Positions 10,136 through 21,600 of a stretch of DNA of 64,000 bases are shown piece after piece. The position numbers were made by a program, and so were the translations under genes. This DNA comes from Phoronis australis (lineage: Eukaryota > Animalia > Phoronida): assembly GCA_002633005.1 (NCBI GenBank), contig NMRA01000116.1, positions 342,474 through 406,473 of the forward strand. The letters run 5' to 3'. The notes under the pieces are model-generated. The model did not search any database and was not told the DNA's origin. It saw only the letters and a program-made list of their open reading frames with translations. The first letter of the stretch is position 1, and the number at the start of each line of letters is the position of its first letter.

Positions 10136-11961
10136 GCGTCAGCAATGTGCTCTAGTCGTTGAACTGCAAGTACGCCGTCTGTTTTCTCTTTACATTTTCC
10201 CTGCAGTTGCACCGCGGCAACCTTATTGGCAATTTCTCTGTTTTCATTGAAGTCGTTCTTCTGATTCAGTGTGCTTTTGTTATCTATAGTATAAGTAGTA
10301 GGAAGAAGACATGGTTTGAGCTTTGATTCTGAATTTATGCTTGTGGTTGCCGCTGTTGTTGTTTCCTGATGCCCGTGTGTTATTTCTGGGATGTCGTCGA
10401 GAATGTCTTCGATATATTCATAGTGAACAGTTTTGGTCTGTCCGTTTTCATCTACTTTAGTCAAAGTGATACTTGAATCTTCGTATTCCTCACTCAAGTC
10501 ATCATCTTCAAAATCTCCCAGCATGACGGAAATTATTGCTGTTTTGATGTCCATGAGATTCTCTGTGATTGGTACTATATGTCGCTTGATAAGATTCACA
10601 AACGCTGATATATGCGCCACCAGAAAAATCATCAAGTCTACTAATAGCCTAATGGGCACTTCCAGTGCCATATTCAAATTTGAATTCTGACACCCTGGAT
10701 CACCATCTCCATACAGGATATCATGTCCTGGATCACCATCTCCATACGGAGTATCATTTCTTGGATCACCATTTCCACATGAAGTATCATATCTTGGACC
10801 ACCTCTTTCACGCCCAGTATCCTTCACTGGATCACCATTTTCATACGCAGTATCGTGCTCATGTACAACATTTCCATACGGAGTATCTTCCTGAGGATCA
10901 CCGTGTTCATATGGAATGTCGTTTTCAGGATTACCCTTTCCATACGGAGTATCTTGACGGGGATCACCCTTTTTATGTAAGATATCGTTGTCAGGATCAC
11001 CATTTGTAGACTGAGTATCATTGAGAGGATCGCCCTTTCGATACGGAGTACCATGCCATGGACCACCATTTCCTTTCGAAGTAATATGCTCAGGGTCACC
11101 ATTATCACATGGTGCCTCAAGTACAGAATCACGCTTGTCCTGTGAAGCGTCAGACCCATGATCACTTCTTTCATATAGAATACCAGGTTTGAGATCACCC
11201 TCTTTACATGGATCGTCACGCTTGTCTTCATCATTTTCATCATGGGCATTGTTTCTGTCATTTACGTTAAGAATAGCCTGTTCGTTTTCTTCTTCGCCAC
11301 TTGCACTATTTATAAGCCGTCCAACATTGCCATTTTTAATGTCACGTACGTACCTGTCCATTCCATCTGTAACATCAGCAAGGCGTCCGTTCTTGCCCTC
11401 GATGGCATCAAGTATGCATCTTTCTCCTTTAGCAGCTTTGTCAGCAATGTGTTCCAGTCCTTGAACTGCAAGTATACAGTCTGTTTTCTCTTTACATTTT
11501 GCCTGCAGTTGAATGGCGCCATCATTGTTGGCAATTTCACTGTTTTCATTGAAGTTGTTCTGATTCAAAGCGCTTTTGCTATCTACTGTAGCAGTAAGAA
11601 GAAGACATGGTTTGAGATTTGTTTCTGAATTGATGGTTGCAGCTGCTGTAGTTTCCTGATGCCCATGTGGTATTTCTGGGATGTCGTCGAGAATATCTTC
11701 GATATATTCATAGTGAACAGTTTTGGTCTGTCCGTTTTCATCTACTTTAGTCAAAGTGATACTTGAATCTTCGTATTCCTCACTCAAGTCATCATCTTCA
11801 AAATCTCCCAGCATGACGGAAATTATTGCTGTTTTGATGTCCAAGAGATTCTCTGTGATTGGTACTATATGTCGCTTGATACTATTCACAAACGCTGATA
11901 TATACGCCATTAGAAAGACCATCAAGTCTGCTAATACCCTGATGGGTACTTTCACTGCCAT
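9925..11961 (-). CDS. Uncharacterised acidic tandem-repeat protein (678 aa as sequenced)
   Basis: Long single-exon ORF; an in-frame upstream stop places the start at ATG 11961; 33-nt repeat divergence preserves the G-x-G-D-P-x-x-D frame. Confidence 0.65.
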   Translation of the reverse strand: MAVKVPIRVLADLMVFLMAYISAFVNSIKRHIVPITENLLDIKTAIISVMLGDFEDDDLSEEYEDSSITLTKVDENGQTKTVHYEYIEDILDDIPEIPHGHQETTAAATINSETNLKPCLLLTATVDSKSALNQNNFNENSEIANNDGAIQLQAKCKEKTDCILAVQGLEHIADKAAKGERCILDAIEGKNGRLADVTDGMDRYVRDIKNGNVGRLINSASGEEENEQAILNVNDRNNAHDENDEDKRDDPCKEGDLKPGILYERSDHGSDASQDKRDSVLEAPCDNGDPEHITSKGNGGPWHGTPYRKGDPLNDTQSTNGDPDNDILHKKGDPRQDTPYGKGNPENDIPYEHGDPQEDTPYGNVVHEHDTAYENGDPVKDTGRERGGPRYDTSCGNGDPRNDTPYGDGDPGHDILYGDGDPGCQNSNLNMALEVPIRLLVDLMIFLVAHISAFVNLIKRHIVPITENLMDIKTAIISVMLGDFEDDDLSEEYEDSSITLTKVDENGQTKTVHYEYIEDILDDIPEITHGHQETTTAATTSINSESKLKPCLLPTTYTIDNKSTLNQKNDFNENREIANKVAAVQLQGKCKEKTDGVLAVQRLEHIADATGDPGHHVSGGNGYPNDTSRRDGGPMHDTCSGNSDQRNNTLYGDRGPGHDTSCGNRDPVNDTPRGNGNS
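10693..11210 (-). repeat. 33-bp coding tandem repeat array (roughly 15 diverged units)
   Basis: Same 11-aa unit, e.g. GNGDPRNDTPY GDGDPGHDILY. Confidence 0.85.
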
Positions 11962-11977
11962 ATTCAAATATGAACTC

Positions 11978-12002
11978 TGACGTCATCAATACGTTGACGT
12001 CA
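11978..12002. promoter_or_regulatory. Two perfect CRE palindromes (TGACGTCA) just upstream of the repeat-protein ATG
   Basis: TGACGTCA at 11978-11985 and 11995-12002; ATG at 11961. Confidence 0.5.
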
Positions 12003-12646
12003 TACACGCAAAACGCATTTTAATGCGGACGTTTTTATTTGTGCGGCGATCGTCCGGTTTTTAATCCTTACTTATCCCCTAACGGGCTGCACTGTTTTCT
12101 CTTACTTTACTAAACACCGCTTTTTCTCACGAATACAGTTCCTTTTCTCACACGATTTGTCCTTTTCTCTTGCGCAGAAATTCAGTAAATGTCTTCACTA
12201 GTGAACACCAATTCAGTTGTAGTATACAGACAGCCGGTATCGTACCAAGGCAAGTGTTCTTACTCACGCCTCCTACCAAGAGTGGAAAGAACGCTAAGAA
12301 AAGAATCGTTCGAAATAACATACTGTGGACGACAAAAGAAATACAACTCATTCGAAAAGGTTTGTATTTATGAGAGAAGAACGTCGTTGTGATGAGAACA
12401 CTGATCCGGTGCGCCCCGCGAGAGAACCGAGGCAGCCCGTTTGTCCTGGCTGTTCGATTAGTCAAACTGGTGTGCGTTTTACAAAAATAAATATTCTGCA
12501 AGTGACAATTATATTCGAAAAACAGATTTTGCCGGTTTAGCTTGACCAGATGTCAATTTTACAAATGTGATTATAACATATAGCATTAAATTTCACAACA
12601 ATTTTAATCGGCATATGCAACCACAAAAGGACTGGGAATCATTTTA

Positions 12647-15600
12647 TCAAGGCCATTGATCGATGGATCGAATTAGGTCATCAGAGTATTCGAGGTCTTC
12701 ATACGGAAATAATTCTTTGTCACTTATCAAATGAATTGTACAGTTCATTAGTAGAGACAATAAATCTTTTCCTTCTCCTTTAGCACCATTATCTTTCTTT
12801 TGAAACCTTGAACTGCTTTGCGTCGACGGTATTTCTTCAGGTCTGAAAAAAATCGCGATCACATAAAACGTTTATGCGAGTGGCGAAATGGAAAGAACTC
12901 TATTTCGCGAAAATAGAGTCCTAAAGACGACATGAAGATACCGAAGATGAAAATATGACCAGTGTACCTAGTTACACGTAACAACAAGACATGTGGGTCA
13001 TTGCATCATTGACTGCATGTGAACCTGTCAAACGCCGAGAAATCAAGTCCGATATCGGGGACACATCGAAAAATGTATTCTACGAAAGGAGATATGTAGA
13101 CGACAGAAAGACTCTGCCGATGAAAATACGTTCAGGGCGTCTTGTTAAAGGAAGCAAGTTTTCCAATTTCATCTGTACCCCCAAAATCGGCCGTGGGCCT
13201 AGCTGACGCACTAAAAATTACATTTTCGAGATGTAAAGGCGACAGAATTACGCTGACAATTTTGCCGTTTTTTAATGTATCTGGTATAGCCGGTTTGATT
13301 TACCGTTTTACAGGCCTAGCGATGGCATACATGTAGATATTTGGAAGTATCTTTTACCAGGACAACATTACTCGGTTATGTCTTCCTGCTTTAACCGAGA
13401 ACTGAGAAGAACACTGTGATATTTTCACCGTCACCATCTTTCTGTAGTCTTTCGAAAAATACGGCTATTTGATTTTCGTTTCGAGAAAAACCGTAATGAA
13501 AAACTGCTATGTGCGTACAAACCACTTTTTAACAGAGTGTATATTGTTAACGCCTATCACTTTCCTTTTCAGTTAACTTGATGTAAAAAGCTTGCGGGAA
13601 TTACTCACGAGTCAATGATTGTAGTGGGGTTGTTATCTCTGCTATTGAGCTCATTCTTCTCTGCAATCATATGTATCAGGTTCAACAGCCAGTTATGATA
13701 CAGTTTTTAGACATAAAAACTGTTAAAACTTCTATTTTACGTCTTAATTGCCATTGACATAATAATGTCTATGTAAATTACTACTTCCAGATCGTTATTC
13801 AAGTATTTTTACACGTATACGAGAATAGTATATAGGCTAGGTTTTGTTCAAAAGGCTTACTGTAGATACGTAGGCTACTTCATAAATTTAGATGACAATC
13901 AGTTATGGATACATATAGCAAATTGTGAGTAGTGTGATATGTCCCGTTAAAGACAATAAGTAGCAAGTCACTGTTTACACTAAACTTTTAAATTCTTCAT
14001 TGAGACGTTTTATTTTACCTTAAACCAAAAAAAATAAACGATTTTTTTAGCGTCCATGTTTCGCGAACGCTGAGAACCATACGAAACATGCAAGACGTCT
14101 TAAAACTTAAATGAAATCAACGAAATTTAGGTCAACAGTGTAAATACCTTTGTTCAGACAAATTTCAAACAGGGGAACGCCTTTGTAAGAGACCTGCAAG
14201 GAGGCATTAGTTAAGGTAACGATACATCTGAAATAAAAGCTGATACCGTTTAACACGTAATTGAAATTTTCAAAGATTATGAACGGAAAATGAAACGTCG
14301 TGAGATTGTCTCGTACATGTAGAATGAAACAGTACCTTTTTATAGGCTTGCTTTTTATTCATATTATAAGCGAACAGTGTTCTACACCAAGACTGTGGAG
14401 TCTTGTATATTTCACCATCTGCATTTTGAATGAATCCATATCTGGTCACAGAACCGTAGACTGTTTGATTCTGGAATAGACGTTCAGCGTTTAGTAAACA
14501 ACAACTAGAATGGTTGAAGTAGCTCTGCACGTGAAGTTAAGGCCGTTCTATGGCACGTTCTCACTGGTAAAATTCCAAATTTTTCCATAGGCGTATTTGA
14601 TATTTAAAACCAACGTCATTGCTTTCTTATCGTCTGTTTCATTATTGACAGTGGGTACGACAAATCGCCGAAAATCCCCTCTACGGCCAAGCTACCTTGG
14701 CGACTGAAACAAATCGCAGTGACAAACAACTTAACTGGCCAGGTCTGAAACCATGGCGACTTTTCAGTTCTTCTCAAGAATAGAAGGAACAAAACGAGAA
14801 CGATTTTATAACCGTAAGTCGCCCAAGTCAAAACCTATTTTATGTTCGGAATATGTCCGGAAAATAAAAGGTGCGTCGCAAGCTCCGTTTCCAGAGATAC
14901 AAAGGAGACCGTGTATAGGCGATATAAGGTCATTTATTATGACTGATAAGGTACAGAAATATGAGTGTACAAATAACATAAAGATAAAATAATAATCTCT
15001 GGAAAGATGGACAATAAAAAGTGCCACGAGAGATGTTGAGTCCGAAAGATGGGGTTATAAGTGGGACGAGTCCATATTCTTACATAAATAAATTTAACGA
15101 GTGAAATATCATTTCTGACGGAAGACACCGGCTTATTGGCGTTTTAAAACACAGAATATGCTTACCAACACCAAAAGGGGGACTTAGTGCAACACTAAAA
15201 ATGTGAACGTTTTTTACATGATAGAATATAAATCGAAGGAAGTTGTTACATCCGAAAATTTCAAATTTCAGTTGATCCATTCTTGTTGTTTTATTTACCG
15301 ATTTATATTCTTCATTTCTTGAAACAATATTATCCTTGGGAGGATCTGGATCGCCTTATTTAGTTTCAGATATATATTTTCTACGTTACATGATAGAACA
15401 ATACAAGAGAATAAGATCTGTTGATGAATTACACCACTAGGTCTACCGTGGATGCAAACTAACAAGACGTCTAGAATGCCAGTATGCGGTGGCTAAACGC
15501 AATGTTACAAATTAAACTTCATATTTATTTGAGTAACAAATTTAAAAAATAAAAGTTTCATTTCAAACCTTATTGGATACAACGACGGAGAGAACATTTG

Positions 15601-18600
15601 TCCCAGCTTGAATTTTCTTTTCTTTGATGAGTTCCAAAAGAGTGGAGCAGTGGTCTTCGTGTAAGGGAACTTTATTGATGTCCTTTAGGCTATCACCATT
15701 CTAAAGTAATTAAAGACAGAGAAATGTCTAGATTCTGAAAACCTACAGTTAGTTTTTTATTTGTCCAAAGAAAGTCTTTCAGCAAGATATATTGATATAA
15801 CGACACGTGTATGATCTCTAGTAGCGTGTCTTCTTAAAGAACATTTTGTTTCTACATTTTTCTTAATCAAAATTCAAACTGTGCTTCGCTGACCTACCTT
15901 GATGACCAGCACGTCGTTTGCACTTGTGACACACCTTGCCACAAAAACCTTGTTATTTTTAGACGTTAGTTCTGGAAGGCAATGAAAAGTTTTCAATTGT
16001 ACATTCAGTATCCCCATACCAGACTATTTAGTATTCATGTGTACATATGTGTATGTGCTTGTATGAACTTGTGTATTCACGTGTATGTATGTATGTATGT
16101 ATGTCATGTATGTATGTATGTGAGTGTGTATTTATACATGTTTGTATGTATGTTTATGTATGTATGTGCTTATGTATGTGTGTGTGTAAGAGTGCATGTG
16201 TATACATGCGTGTATATATATGTTATGTCTTACTTTTATTAATCATTTATTGTCTGTTTTCAATTTTTTATATTTATTTTTTAGTTAATTATCTTGTCTT
16301 ACTTTCTTTATCTTCTATCTATCATATTTTTTATTTTATTTCGTCGGTCTTTCCATGTTAATTTCTTATTCTTTATTGATTATTTAAATATTGTCTTTCA
16401 TTTTGTAATTCTGTTAGTTTGTCTTACTGTCTGTCTGTTTTTACTCAGGGCGCCCATGGAAAGAAGTGTGAGCTGGTGGGGCTACCCTCATTGTAAATAT
16501 TACATTAATAAATAAATAAATTTCACCATAGCGGATTCTGATTAGTCATCGTCAATATTGGGAAAACCATCTAAACTATGATCTTGTCTAGCAGAATCAC
16601 CATTGTTCTGATAACTCCAAAAGTTGTTGCAGTAGGTAGTTACAACACTGTATCAACAATAGTTCTACTTTCATTTTGAGCCTACTAGAACATTTTGTGT
16701 TCCACTTAGTCGACGTTTACCGCTTTCGATAGTACAAGGACAGTGTTAGATAAATTCAGTTCACGAAATCCACAAAAGGACTTGCTGAATTTATTACCTA
16801 TAACATTAGCTTCCTTGGCGGCTAAATCAGTAGGTTTTAAGGAACTACCCGTGTCTTCAGGGCGCAGAACGCTGTCTGATAGAATGGATGTCGCAGTTTC
16901 AATGTTCGCATGTGTGTCTGTGGTTGCACTTCTTGACTTGACGTGACGTACCAGAAGACTGTCGGGCTTTGGGATATTGTTAATGATAGAGAATTGTGGT
17001 GATATTCCTTTTAAACCTCTGGTGCCTTGTGCTAGCAATGCCACAGCACTGGTTTGACCAGCGGAAGGAGCGCGTGGTGGTTGCAAAACGTTTGAGAGAG
17101 AGCAACACTCATTCACTTGGGATCCCAAATCTAACGTTTTTGCGGTCTCTAGTGCAGCGGCACGTTGCTCCAGTGTTTCTTTGTATTCACTAGACGTCTT
17201 GTATGACTTAAACAAAGCCACTAGACGCTTCTTGCGCTTGCCAAGCAGAACCACCAGTTCTTTTAACCGCTGTCTGTGAACAGACTTCGATGTCTGAAAC
17301 CTCTCCAGGATATTGTCCTTGCAAGCCTGTTGGGCACTCTTGATCTTTGTCAGCACTTCACATTGAATTTCTAGTTCATCTCGTAAGTTACCTGAAACGT
17401 GCGAGTGGATACGTCAACAAATACACCCCAATATGCAAAGATTGCGTTTTCAAATTGGACAGTCGGTCTTCCCATGGGGCGATGATACTTACCCACAGTC
17501 AATGCAAAATCATCCGATTCCAATCGTTGAAGCAGGTAGTTTTGCTTTTCTTCCAATTCATCCATAGTCTTCATTTCTTCAAAATGTATTAGCTGAAAAT
17601 GACAAATAGGAGGACTACAAGGGCAGCAAACAAACTGAATGTACATGGGTGCCCAACGTATGTGCGCGTATTTAGGCTTCTACGCTTATATTATGGGAAG
17701 CTGGGCCTATATCCAGAATTAAACAAATCCGCCTGCATGAGAAACACTTGAGAAAAGTCCAGGTGTCATTTTTTTAATTATTCGTTACAAAGTGGAAGAC
17801 AGTAACATCAATCAACAATGAAAATTAAAATTTCTTGATATCGGTTTGTTTCTAAGTAGATTAGTCTACAAAGTGTAAATTGCCGTCGTACACCTACCAT
17901 ATCTCTATCTTGCGCAGTGTTTGTGGTTCTTTCAGGAGAGGGTGTCTTAAATTTCTTTGTCTGCATTACTGGTTGAGAAAGTTTCCGCTTGGTAGGCTGC
18001 AATAAGCTCTGACTTCGTTCACTGTCTGATTGACTAGAAGTCCCTTCCATTGCTGAAGATATAGAACAGGCATCCAGCTGGTCTTTAATAACACCACGTT
18101 CAACCACTGTGTTAGTTGTATAACGCGGCAATGATGGTCCTGAAGACAAAACTGTCAGGTCTTGGTTCTGTGTTTCATCTGAATCGTAGCAATTGTCTGG
18201 AAAAAGTAAGCTTTCACTTTGGCTTAAAGAGGATGCATCAATGGTCAGTGGTGGGGCAATGGTCAAAGCTTCCGGTTGAGCACCTTTGACAAGGCATTGC
18301 GAATCGAATAAACTTTCACTCGCTTGAGAATTCTGGGACTCTATTTCGTGAAACTTGCCGCCATATTTATCCTCAAAAGTGGACTGATTAGAAATTTCAT
18401 TCCAACATTTTTTCGACTGCAAAGATTCAATTTCTTTGCCCTGAAAATAAAAAATAGAGCTGTCACATCAGGGTAAACTCTGTTTTAACTTTGGTCCTTG
18501 GTACCACACATTCACTCCCAGATCGTTAAAATAAGTAACATCCCGTAACACGACGCAATTGACAGAAAAGTAAAAGCTACAAGTTCTACGTTTTATTTCT

Positions 18601-21600
18601 ATTTTTGATATGGTTTAGCAAATAGATTAGCGTGGACCCGCTTTTGGCCAAACAAGCGCATAGCTGACTTTCAATTCACCAAAGCATTCTTTTGTTAAAA
18701 GGGTTTTCAACAATTTGGGTTTCAGTAGACTTGATTCTTCAATGTCAATAACCTTACTTCACAATCTCCGGCCTTGTCTTTCCTATCTTTAGACGAAAAC
18801 AGCGGAAGTTCGGGTGACTGTGCGACGTGAAATGTTTGAAAATTGTCTGAAATTGAAATCGAAGCTTTTTTAAGAAAATCAAGTGAGAATTCAAACAGGG
18901 AGGCGAATATTCGATACGCCACTGGGTGCATTGTGTATTTTTATTTCACAGTCAACCTCCTCTTATCTCAACATGGAATTTTTCGACCAATTTTAATTTT
19001 ATTTCAGGTCTTTTCATTAGCTTGGTGGTACAAAACATGACAACACCCGGATTTGTTGGTGTTTGAAATACATAGGCTATATCGGTGGAATCGAGTGCTA
19101 CTTATTTTGAAACGTATTACCTCTCTTTAAAGGAACTTGCTTCAGAGTCTTCAAGCTGCAATATAAAAATCGAAATAAGTTTAGTGACGCAGTGTAGCTG
19201 ACTCGGTGGTAAAAAACATGCGTCCGTGCTGGCACTCGGTGGTTTAAGACAGTGGCTTTGGAACCTTGCATTTCCTTTCCACGTAAGCGTCATACGTGCA
19301 TGCGCCATTTTCGAAATCGCAATCTTATAGGTTGACCAGGTCTAATCTCTGAAGCACTTTCTCGAGGCCGCAAATGGTTTCGATAGACTAGCACCGTAGC
19401 AGAGACTAGACGGCCCCGACGGCGTTCTATCCTGGCTCGTCACAATCATACAGTAATGGCCTCAAGTACGGTAACCTTAGCAAATGAAGGCTGACCCTAA
19501 TAACAAGGACATGGATTGGTTCTCTCATCAAAATAAATCTTTTTTACTTATTATTTCATGCTGATAACTGCTGGGTAAAGCGGCATATTCATTATCCCAC
19601 TGTCCGCATACCAGCACCAGGACTTTTCGGTACGCGTACAACTAGAACTTTTTCAGGAGTCCAAACAGTCTATGGTCTAGTTTGACTAAGCATCCGGTAG
19701 GTACTAGCTGTCTGGTAGACCTACCTGACTTAGCTTAAAATCATGTTTGAATAACATCACAGAGTTATCCGCTTGCTGGTTACGGTATGAATGCCATCAT
19801 GGCATTCATACCGTCCAACAAGAGGATAACTCTGTTGTCATTGGGTCACCGTGTGACAAGCAAACTCGAACTTTTTTGCCACATTTGTATCCTCGAATTA
19901 TGTAGCACATGTCGACGCAAACCACGGCTTCGCTTTCAAGAGGAATTGAAGGGGTGGAGGCGGGTCACCGTCATGCTTGACCCGGTCAAATTCATAGTTT
20001 CACAATTGATTTCCGTTCATCTCCTGGTCTCCGTAGACTCCGACCTCCAATTCTCCACGTCGACTGACCTCGACGTCGTTTGACACAAATTTCCTACCGA
20101 GTCTCATTCACGGATTATACATCGTGACAAGCTGGCGGAATGGCCGCAAAGCGTCACATTCGTGGTCAGGAGAGCATAAAACATACAAAATTACTCCCCT
20201 CCCCCCAAAAAAAAGACGTGAAAATCAACTAATGTGCTTTGCGCGCACGATTACAGCTATGATGTGATAAAACTGAGGCTGTTGGAATTTTTTGCAATTT
20301 CTTTGACTCCTTTGAAAAATGGTTTTGTAGATATAAATTCTGCACAAAGTGTACTTACACAATTTGTTAATTCAATTTAGACAGGTTCACAAAAAGTTAA
20401 GTAAGTTTTAAATAATATACCAATTTCAGGTGTTGATATGTATTGTTAGGAAAAAGTCTACTGGTAGTTAGGTAAGGTCACACCACTTAGTTGAGGGACA
20501 ATAAAAGCAATGAGGGGTACACAGAAATGGAACGTAGCCTATTAGGACTGTGCTGTACTAATGTCTCTTTGATGTTTTTGATATCCTTTATGCATATATA
20601 GTGTACATCTTTTATTTAGGAACATATTTTCCTCAAGCAATCTGCTTAACAACAACAATTAATGTTGATACCGTTTACAAGAGACAAATGGAAATGACAC
20701 CATGTTATGAAGGATCGTTTCCTGTTCTTTGGTCGTTAAAGTAAAGCTGGTTTTCAATCGGAAAAAGAATCAACATAGAATATGTAACTTACTTTAAAAG
20801 GATAACAAACCAGATTTTAGCCCATCATAGATATACTAAAATCGTTTTCCCATTCAGTTTTCAGAAACATAATACTGTTTTGTAACCTTCGACAACCCTC
20901 AAAAGTTTGGAGGAAATTTTGAAAACTCCTTTCAAAGTCTCCTAAACGGGCAAGCGTGACCTACGCTTTTAGCAAATGACACGGTAACTGTGGAAAAAGA
21001 CCACATACCAAGGACCGTAATATCCAGTGTGTGAGACAGGAAGTATGCCTATGAGTGTTTTATTCTTGCCCTTAATTAATCCGTCAAGATGGACATCAAT
21101 AATGCATTACGCAGGTGACAGAACGAGGATTGCTTGAAATCATCAAAACAGGGTTTAGTATCCTTTTATACACAGTCCACATTACAATGCACAATTACAA
21201 TCCCATTTCAGTAAGTTACTGGGTCCTCTTGAGATGAACATAGAACACCGGCACCATCTTACATCAGCGCCATCACGCCGTTCCAATTATCCTAAACTTT
21301 GGACCTGGTAAAGTCGGCAAAGTCTCAGTTTTTAGTTATATTAATAGAAAATGTCATTAGTCAAAGAGGAGCTCCAAATAAAGATAAAATGATTAAATAA
21401 TGTTACAACTGTGAGTAAAGAACAAAACAAATAGGCATACGCGAAATGTTTATTTAATAGGGAAATGTGTCCCTATTTTGGGACTGTTTCACATGCCCAC
21501 GAACGGGAACGGCGTGATCTTTGAAGTACATACGCCGAAAAGGCTTTATATGTTGTAGGGGAATCATGCTCGGACGCAGAATTGTCGACAACAGTATTAT

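Larger units (their letters stand above)
9000..11961 (-). pseudogene. Intronless acidic Gly/Asp/Asn/Pro-rich protein gene with 11-aa repeats (G[ND]GDPG[HN]DT[PS][YC]) and a duplicated N-terminal module; 678 aa to the first stop at 9925, with disrupted continuation to 9154/9000
   Basis: ORF from ATG 11961 is open for 2 kb. ORF 9154-9861 is in the same frame, separated by one TGA (9925-9927). A further shifted frame ends ...KRLSWWRRLLCCAPSPED* at 9000. It could be an expressed truncated CDS, a pseudogene or a sequencing error. Confidence 0.6.

Noticed and set aside
9154-11210. Regularly spaced repeats resembling a CRISPR array
   Set aside because: Contiguous tandem units with no unique spacers, no cas genes, eukaryotic intron-containing context.
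9273-11628. Overlapping alternative-frame and antisense ORFs (MEMVIQ... and His-rich YHALDHHFH...)
   Set aside because: Shadows of the 33-bp repeat; only the G-D-P frame continues through the non-repeat modules.
15982-16515. ORFs rich in V/C/M/Y and hydrophobic residues
   Set aside because: Translation of a (TGTA)n microsatellite and T-rich tract.
19890-20110. CpG-rich coding-looking stretch in intron 1 of the ANKRD31-like gene
   Set aside because: Interrupted by stops, no usable splice sites, and the gene model is phase-complete without it; probably repeat debris.
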